Positions 58,039 through 64,000 of a DNA stretch of 64,000 nt are shown here, in pieces (the stretch's first letter is position 1; the number at the start of each line of letters is the position of its first letter). Made by a program: the position numbers and the translations under genes. This DNA is from Candidatus Binatia bacterium (lineage in GTDB: Bacteria; Desulfobacterota; Binatia; UBA9968; JAJDTQ01): contig OY762897.2 in NCBI GenBank assembly GCA_963666515.2, forward strand, positions 288,001-352,000, read 5' to 3'. The notes below the pieces were generated by a model, which was not told the origin of the DNA, did not search any database, and saw only the letters and a list, made by a program, of their open reading frames with translations.

Positions 58039-61000
58039 ATGACACTTCCAGGTGGATCCGCAAATAAGCTTGGCAACCGCTATGAGGAGTTATGGACCGT
58101 ATGGGTATTGGTCCGTATGCTCCACGATGATGCCGAATCGATTCGGATCGAGGACCCGGGGACTGAGAAAGCCGAATTCGTAGTGACGTTGGCCTCCCAT
58201 CGAGAGCTGCATCAGGTGAAACGTGGCCACCGAGACGGTAAGTGGAGCCTCAAGGATCTCGGGGCGACCGATGGCGGACTACTTCATGTAATCGGGCAAC
58301 AACTAGCAGGCAATAGCGACCGATTTGTTTTTGCGTCAAGCAGTGACGCCGCGGTGTTGCGCAATTTGTGCGAGGAGGCGAGTGCCGCAGAATCGATTGA
58401 GGAGTTCAAGCGATGGTTTCTCGAGGCTGGAGATAAGAAGGAAGGATTCAAGACGCTTCAGGAGTGTTGGGGGTGTGATGTCTCCACCGCATTTGATCTC
58501 CTGCGGCGGATAGATGTCCAAACTATCGACGAGGCTGCACTCAAAGAGAAGTTGCTGTTGGGGGTTGAGGCCCTGTTCTTGGCGGATCCTCAGAAGGTCC
58601 TTGTCGAATTACGTGCCATAGTAAGGGATTCAGTACATCAGACGATTATCCGCGAAGGACTCGTCGACGCTCTCAAACAGCGCGGTTATCAGCTACGTCG
58701 GTTAACCAGCAGTCAACGGGCACGGGACGCTGTCAAGGCTGCGACCGATCAGTACCTGCACGGTGCGAAGATACAACTCATTCAGCATAGGCTCCTTCCG
58801 CGGCCGTCGACGACAATGCTGCTGGCGGGCCTGGAGGGACCTGCGACGGACCATGTCCTGACCGGTGGTGCAGGCTCAGGGAAGACAGCTTGCGTCGTCG
58901 AGGTTGTGGAGGCGGTGCGAGAGAGGGGACTGCCTGTGTTGGCGTTCCGGCTCGACCGCCTTCCCGCGCTATCAACGACGGAAGCTCTTGGACGCCAACT
59001 CGATCTTGAGGAGTCGCCGGTCCTTGTACTTGCGGCAGCGGCACAGACCGCCGGAGTCCCTGGCCTATTGATTGTGGATCAGTTGGATGCCGTCAGCACC
59101 ATGTCGGGCAGGAGTTCTGGTGCCTTCGATCTGGTCGAGCGGTTGCTTCACGAGGCGCGAGGTACTCGCACACGGGCCACTATCCACACCGTCGTCGTTT
59201 GCCGAGCCTTCGACTGGAGAAATGATTCACGGCTGCGGCGGCTCCTGCCTGACGAACACGGACAAGTCGACGTTACCGAGTTCACGGATGAGGAGGTCAG
59301 GGAGTTTCTGACTAATGCGGGTTTTGACACGGCGTGGTTCCGGTCAGGTCAACTGGAGTTGCTCCGGCTTCCGCAAAACCTCTCGCTTTTTCTTGAGGCT
59401 GGTTTTGACACGCGTCTCGCGCCAGCTTTCCGGACGGCGACGGATCTATTTAGTCGATACTGGGATGAAAAGCGACGGTCGGTCGCCGATCGAGTCGTAC
59501 CATCCGCTGACCAGTGGATGGAGGTTATGGAAATTCTATGCGAAGAGATGACCTCCACTCAGCAGCTATCAGTAGCCAAAGAGAGACTTGACACGATTCC
59601 GATCAGCTACTTGGACCAACTGGCGTCGGAGGGCGTGGTTACGTTTGACGGGCGCCGTTACGGGTTCGGTCACGAGAGCTTCTTCGACTATTGCTTCGCC
59701 CGAGTGTTCTTCAATCGGTCGGATTCGCTCGTGTCCTTCCTCAAGGGGCCAGACCAGCATCTGTTCCGTCGCGCTCAGGTTCGGCAGGTGCTGGCCTATC
59801 TACGTGACGCAGATTCTGTGCGTTACATTCAGGAACTTCACAGCCTGCTCTCGGATGAGGGAATACGGGTCCATCTCAAGGATCTAGCTTTTGCGCTTCT
59901 TGCCGCAGTCGTGGATCCGACCGAGGAAGAGTGGACCATCTGGCAAGAATGGCTTGCACCGGCGCTCAGCGCCATCGAGGGTGGGCTTCGCAACGCGAAC
60001 AAACTGTCTGAATTGGCGTGGCGGCGGTTTTTTGGCGCACCCTCGTGGTTTGATGTCGCCGATCACCGCGGCTTGGTCGAGGCTTGGCTGGCCTCAGATA
60101 ACGGTGAACTTGCAAACACTGCATTGAACTACTTGAGGTTGCATCAAGGCAATTCGCCGGATCGCGTTGCAGCCTTGCTCGAACCATATGCCGACTGTGG
60201 TGGTCAGTGGAAGGTGAGGCTTCGATTCTTTATGGAATCGGCCGACCATCACACGAGTCGTCGCGTGTTTGACCTGTTTCTCCGTCTCGTGGACAACGGT
60301 ACACTCGACGAAGCCCGCGGGTCGAGGGCGGTGAACGGTACATTCTGGGACATGCTCCATGATCTCGGCGAAAACCGTCCAGAGTGGGTTCCGGAGGTGC
60401 TAGCCCATGTGCTCCGGCGGCGCCTTGCGATAGTCCGGGCCGCCGGGGAAGATCTACGCAAACCGGATCTCCTTGGTTACGACGCCTCTGCCGCAGAGAT
60501 GTTAGGGAAGTCCGCGAAATCCGCTCCCGCCGTGTTCGTGAAGCACGTGCTGCCTTTGGTTCTCGATATTTCGGAGGCAACCGTCCTTCCCGGTGGAGAA
60601 CCACCAAAACACGATGTTGTGTGGTCGTATCTTATCAAGACGGAGCATCCCAGGGGCGAGGATGCGTGTCTTTCGGGATTGGTCGCAGCGATCGGTGCAC
60701 TGGCGCGTGATGGTACAGCAAATTTACGCGACATTGTCGCTGACCTGCGCAGTCGCGACACACACATCGCAAACCACTTGTTGCTTGCCCTTTACGCTGG
60801 CGGTGCCGCACACTACGCGGACGAAGCGATTTCGTTGCTTTGTGATCAACCATGGCGGTTCCAATGTGGGTTTTCTGACAGCCCGGTTTGGTGCGCGATG
60901 GAACTCATCAAGGTAGTGCTTCCGCACTGCACCGTCGAGAGTCGCGAAAGGCTCGAAGATGTGCTCCTTCGTTACGCCGCACCTTTCGAGCGCAGTAGTG

Positions 61001-62565
61001 CCGGTTACAAATTCGCTGGAGAGACGCGATTTAACCTGCTCTCGGCTTTCCCCGTAAAGCAACGCAGCGCTCGGGTGAACAAGCACTTGCAGGAGTTGTT
61101 TCGAAAATTCGGTGAACCGCAAGGCGTGCCAACACTGCCTGTCGCGGGTTGGGTGGGTTCGCCGATCGCGAAGAGCGCCGTGTATAGAATGACCGACGAG
61201 CAGTGGTTGCGGGCCATCGCCAAGTACCGCTCTGAGTACCCGACACACTTCGGGCCGGGTGATCTCAGAGGCGGTGCTACGCAATTGGCACAAGAACTCG
61301 AAACCAGGGTCAAGGAGGAACCAGATCGGTTTGCTCGCCTCAGTCTGAGGTTTCCTCCAGGAACTAACCCTGTATATCTGGAATTGACGCTCTCCGCATT
61401 GAAGGGCGCCGAGGTGGCAAGCACTCTCAAACTTGAGGTCTGTCGCAAGGCCTTTGCGGATTCACGCGGGTCATGCGGCAGGTCGATTGTCGCTTTACTT
61501 GGATCCATTGAAGGCCCGCTTCCGAATGATGCTGTCGAAATGCTCGGTTGGCTAGCGATCGATCACGAAGACCCTGTCGAAGAGTTATGGCAAAAGGATG
61601 CTGGTGGTGGTCACCCCGACTATAATGGCGATGTCCAAATGGACGGCATTAACACTACACGGGGGAGAGCAGCCGACGCTATTCGGGCTCTCATCCTTGC
61701 CGACGTGACCTATGTCGAACGGTTTCGTCCAGCTCTCGAACGAATGATCAGGGACCGGAGTGCGGCTGTTCTTTCCCGTATTGCAGGTACGCTACAGGCC
61801 GTAGCGTACCATGATTCTGCACTTGCTCTGTCGCTTTTCCTTTGCATGGATCTATCCGAGGAACGACTGCTTGCAACACGGTACGTCTACGGGTTTATTC
61901 ATGGCAACCTGCGAGACAGCTTTGGTCAACTGCGGCCAATTGTCGAACGGATGCTCCGATCGTCCGAACCGAAGGTCGCTACGGCGGGCGCACGACTGGC
62001 AAGCCTTGCGGCGGTGGATCACGATGGTGCCGGGATCCTCGCCGTAGAGGCCGTCTCTGGGAGCCCGGATCAACGTCTCGGAGTTGCTCAAGTTGCAGCC
62101 GCAAATATTGGCGTCCCTCGGTGTCGCTCCTGGTGCGAAGAGACGCTTCGTGCACTGTTTGACGACTCCCACGTCGACGTGAGGGTCGAAGCGGCGGCAT
62201 GTTTCAGCAATCTGCCCGACGACACACTCGATACCTTTGGTAATCTGATTGAGGCATTCAGCGTCAGCGCCGCCTTTCGGGAGGACTCGTTCTCGATCTT
62301 TCATGCACTGGAGGCTTCACTGGGCCGCTTGCCGGGGATGACGTGTGCGGTCTGCGAGAAGTTCCTGGATCGCTTTGCAAAAGAGGCCAGAGACATGCGA
62401 ACGTGTCAGGCCGGGGACACCTTTACTCTCACGAAGTTGATTTTCAGGATCTACCAGCAACACCAGAACGATGAATGGACGTCACGTTCGCTGGACCTTA
62501 TAGATCGCCTTTGCCTGGAAGGAATTGGCGACACAGCACAACAGTTTGAGGAGTTCGAGCGCTAA
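58039..62565 (+). CDS. Avs/AVAST-like STAND NTPase with N-terminal PD-(D/E)xK-type nuclease and helical sensor region
   Basis: GNRYE...EF...HQVK; Walker A GGAGSGKT, Walker B LIVDQLDAVS, FGHESFFDY; long helical C-terminus. Confidence 0.75.
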   Translation: MTLPGGSANKLGNRYEELWTVWVLVRMLHDDAESIRIEDPGTEKAEFVVTLASHRELHQVKRGHRDGKWSLKDLGATDGGLLHVIGQQLAGNSDRFVFASSSDAAVLRNLCEEASAAESIEEFKRWFLEAGDKKEGFKTLQECWGCDVSTAFDLLRRIDVQTIDEAALKEKLLLGVEALFLADPQKVLVELRAIVRDSVHQTIIREGLVDALKQRGYQLRRLTSSQRARDAVKAATDQYLHGAKIQLIQHRLLPRPSTTMLLAGLEGPATDHVLTGGAGSGKTACVVEVVEAVRERGLPVLAFRLDRLPALSTTEALGRQLDLEESPVLVLAAAAQTAGVPGLLIVDQLDAVSTMSGRSSGAFDLVERLLHEARGTRTRATIHTVVVCRAFDWRNDSRLRRLLPDEHGQVDVTEFTDEEVREFLTNAGFDTAWFRSGQLELLRLPQNLSLFLEAGFDTRLAPAFRTATDLFSRYWDEKRRSVADRVVPSADQWMEVMEILCEEMTSTQQLSVAKERLDTIPISYLDQLASEGVVTFDGRRYGFGHESFFDYCFARVFFNRSDSLVSFLKGPDQHLFRRAQVRQVLAYLRDADSVRYIQELHSLLSDEGIRVHLKDLAFALLAAVVDPTEEEWTIWQEWLAPALSAIEGGLRNANKLSELAWRRFFGAPSWFDVADHRGLVEAWLASDNGELANTALNYLRLHQGNSPDRVAALLEPYADCGGQWKVRLRFFMESADHHTSRRVFDLFLRLVDNGTLDEARGSRAVNGTFWDMLHDLGENRPEWVPEVLAHVLRRRLAIVRAAGEDLRKPDLLGYDASAAEMLGKSAKSAPAVFVKHVLPLVLDISEATVLPGGEPPKHDVVWSYLIKTEHPRGEDACLSGLVAAIGALARDGTANLRDIVADLRSRDTHIANHLLLALYAGGAAHYADEAISLLCDQPWRFQCGFSDSPVWCAMELIKVVLPHCTVESRERLEDVLLRYAAPFERSSAGYKFAGETRFNLLSAFPVKQRSARVNKHLQELFRKFGEPQGVPTLPVAGWVGSPIAKSAVYRMTDEQWLRAIAKYRSEYPTHFGPGDLRGGATQLAQELETRVKEEPDRFARLSLRFPPGTNPVYLELTLSALKGAEVASTLKLEVCRKAFADSRGSCGRSIVALLGSIEGPLPNDAVEMLGWLAIDHEDPVEELWQKDAGGGHPDYNGDVQMDGINTTRGRAADAIRALILADVTYVERFRPALERMIRDRSAAVLSRIAGTLQAVAYHDSALALSLFLCMDLSEERLLATRYVYGFIHGNLRDSFGQLRPIVERMLRSSEPKVATAGARLASLAAVDHDGAGILAVEAVSGSPDQRLGVAQVAAANIGVPRCRSWCEETLRALFDDSHVDVRVEAAACFSNLPDDTLDTFGNLIEAFSVSAAFREDSFSIFHALEASLGRLPGMTCAVCEKFLDRFAKEARDMRTCQAGDTFTLTKLIFRIYQQHQNDEWTSRSLDLIDRLCLEGIGDTAQQFEEFER

Positions 62566-62614
62566 GGAAGGACGCGATGATGTCGTACCGTAGTGGTGAG
62601 AATGGCGCTGTCGT

Positions 62615-64000
62615 ATGCTGACCAAACTCACCATCCGCAACTTCAAACTTTTTGGCGAAGTCGAGATCGAGCTAGGGAGCCCTGTCGTTTTCATCGGGCC
62701 GAACAACTCCGGCAAGACTTCGGCCATGCAGGCGCTCGCCCTGTGGGACATCGGGCTCAGGCGCTGGAACGAGAAGCGCTATGGGAAGAGCACGCCGGAG
62801 AAGCGTCCTGGGGTCACCATCAGTCGTCGGGACTTGGTGGCAATCCCGATTCCTGACGGCAATCTCCTGTGGCGTGACCTTCACGTTCGGGACGTCCAGA
62901 AGGTCGATGGGAAGCCGCGTACCAGCAATGTCCGTATCGAGATCGTGGTCGAGGGAATGAGCAACGACCATTCATGGGTCTGTGGACTGGAGTTTGACTA
63001 CGCGAACGAAGAATCCTTCTATTGCCGGCCTCTTCGCCAGTTTGACGACAAGACGCCCGAGCGGATGCCAGTTCCTGAAGAAGCGGGTCATGCACGGATC
63101 GTGTTCCTGCCCCCGATATCGGGGCTCGCGGCCACGGAGACACGGCTTGATACAGGTGCTGTGGATGTGCGGATTGGGGAAGGGCGTACCGCAGAGGTGC
63201 TGCGCAACCTCTGTTTCCAGGTTCATGGGGCGCAGACGAAGCAGTGGGACCGGCTGGTGAAGCAGATCGAGAGTCTTTTCGGGACGGTGGTGGAGCCGCC
63301 CCGCTACGTGCCGGAACGCGGCGAGATCGTGATGAGTTACCACGAGCGTGGAACGAGGCTCGATCTGTCTTCCGCTGGATGTGGTCTTCAGCAGACTCTG
63401 TTTCTTTTGGCGTACATGTACGCCAACCCCGGATCGGTCCTGCTTCTGGACGAGCCCGACGCACATCTGGAGATACTTCGCCAACGTCAGACCTACCGCC
63501 TGCTGACCGACGTGGCTCGTGAAAGTGGCAGTCAGATCATCGCTGCGAGCCACTCGGAGGTGTTGCTAAACGAGGCCGCCGACCGGGATCTGGTCGTGGC
63601 CTTCGTGGGCCGACCGCACCGTATCGACGGCCGCGGAAGCCAAGTGCTGAAGGCGCTCAAGGAGATCGGTTTCGAGCAGTACTACCAGGCAGAGCAGAAC
63701 GGGTGGGTGCTCTACCTGGAGGGCTCGACGGACCTCTCGATTCTTCACGCTTTTGCCCGACGACTGGGGCACGAACGGGCGTTGCAGGTGCTTGAGCGGC
63801 CGTTCGTTAAATACGTCGGGAACAATGCCAGCGCGGTCAAGAACCATTACCACGGGTTGCGGGAGGCGGTCCCGGGGCTTCAGGGAGTCGTCCTGTTTGA
63901 TCGCTTGGAGTCGGAACCGCGGGACATGGCCCCGGTCGAGTGTCTCATGTGGAAGCGCCGTGGGATCGAGAACTACTTGTGCTCGAAGGCTACGTTGGAG
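62615..64000 (+). CDS. ABC-type AAA ATPase + TOPRIM-like domain (OLD-like), 3' truncated by window edge; absent from the ORF track
   Basis: MLTKLTIRNFK, GPNNSGKT, LSSAGCGLQQ, LLLDEPDAHL, ASHS, then YLEGSTD, LFDR and IENYL. Confidence 0.85.
   Translation, partial: MLTKLTIRNFKLFGEVEIELGSPVVFIGPNNSGKTSAMQALALWDIGLRRWNEKRYGKSTPEKRPGVTISRRDLVAIPIPDGNLLWRDLHVRDVQKVDGKPRTSNVRIEIVVEGMSNDHSWVCGLEFDYANEESFYCRPLRQFDDKTPERMPVPEEAGHARIVFLPPISGLAATETRLDTGAVDVRIGEGRTAEVLRNLCFQVHGAQTKQWDRLVKQIESLFGTVVEPPRYVPERGEIVMSYHERGTRLDLSSAGCGLQQTLFLLAYMYANPGSVLLLDEPDAHLEILRQRQTYRLLTDVARESGSQIIAASHSEVLLNEAADRDLVVAFVGRPHRIDGRGSQVLKALKEIGFEQYYQAEQNGWVLYLEGSTDLSILHAFARRLGHERALQVLERPFVKYVGNNASAVKNHYHGLREAVPGLQGVVLFDRLESEPRDMAPVECLMWKRRGIENYLCSKATLE

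Overview
High-GC diderm bacterial chromosome segment. The gene content (rnj-ftsK-lolA-dksA-proC block, several NMT1/SsuA-type binding proteins, amidohydrolases, TTT/TAXI transporters) resembles Binatota/Deltaproteobacteria-like MAGs; this is an inference. Layout: housekeeping block (0.5-13 kb); accessory patch with a run of orphan antitoxins, an Xre-RES pair and a SWIM protein (14.2-19.7 kb); a catabolic cluster (19.8-24.3 kb); xth, SDRs, FitA-PIN pair and a PQQ sugar dehydrogenase; a two-gene glycine/sarcosine/betaine-reductase component B whose GrdB has an in-frame UGA, a SECIS-like hairpin and a UxxSxxS motif (29.6-32.2 kb); metabolic and transport genes; and a defence island from 50.8 kb to the window end. 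The island is the main candidate for a new system. An RtcR-like CARF-sigma54 activator is followed directly by a consensus -24/-12 promoter upstream of a type I R-M operon. Its HsdR carries an apparently intact LexA/UmuD-like S24 autoprotease inserted inside the nuclease domain. An Avs-like nuclease-STAND protein and an OLD-like ABC-ATPase/TOPRIM follow. Several REP-like palindrome families occur between genes. No tRNA, rRNA, CRISPR array, integrase or transposase was seen. All calls come from motif reading by eye; no searches were run.
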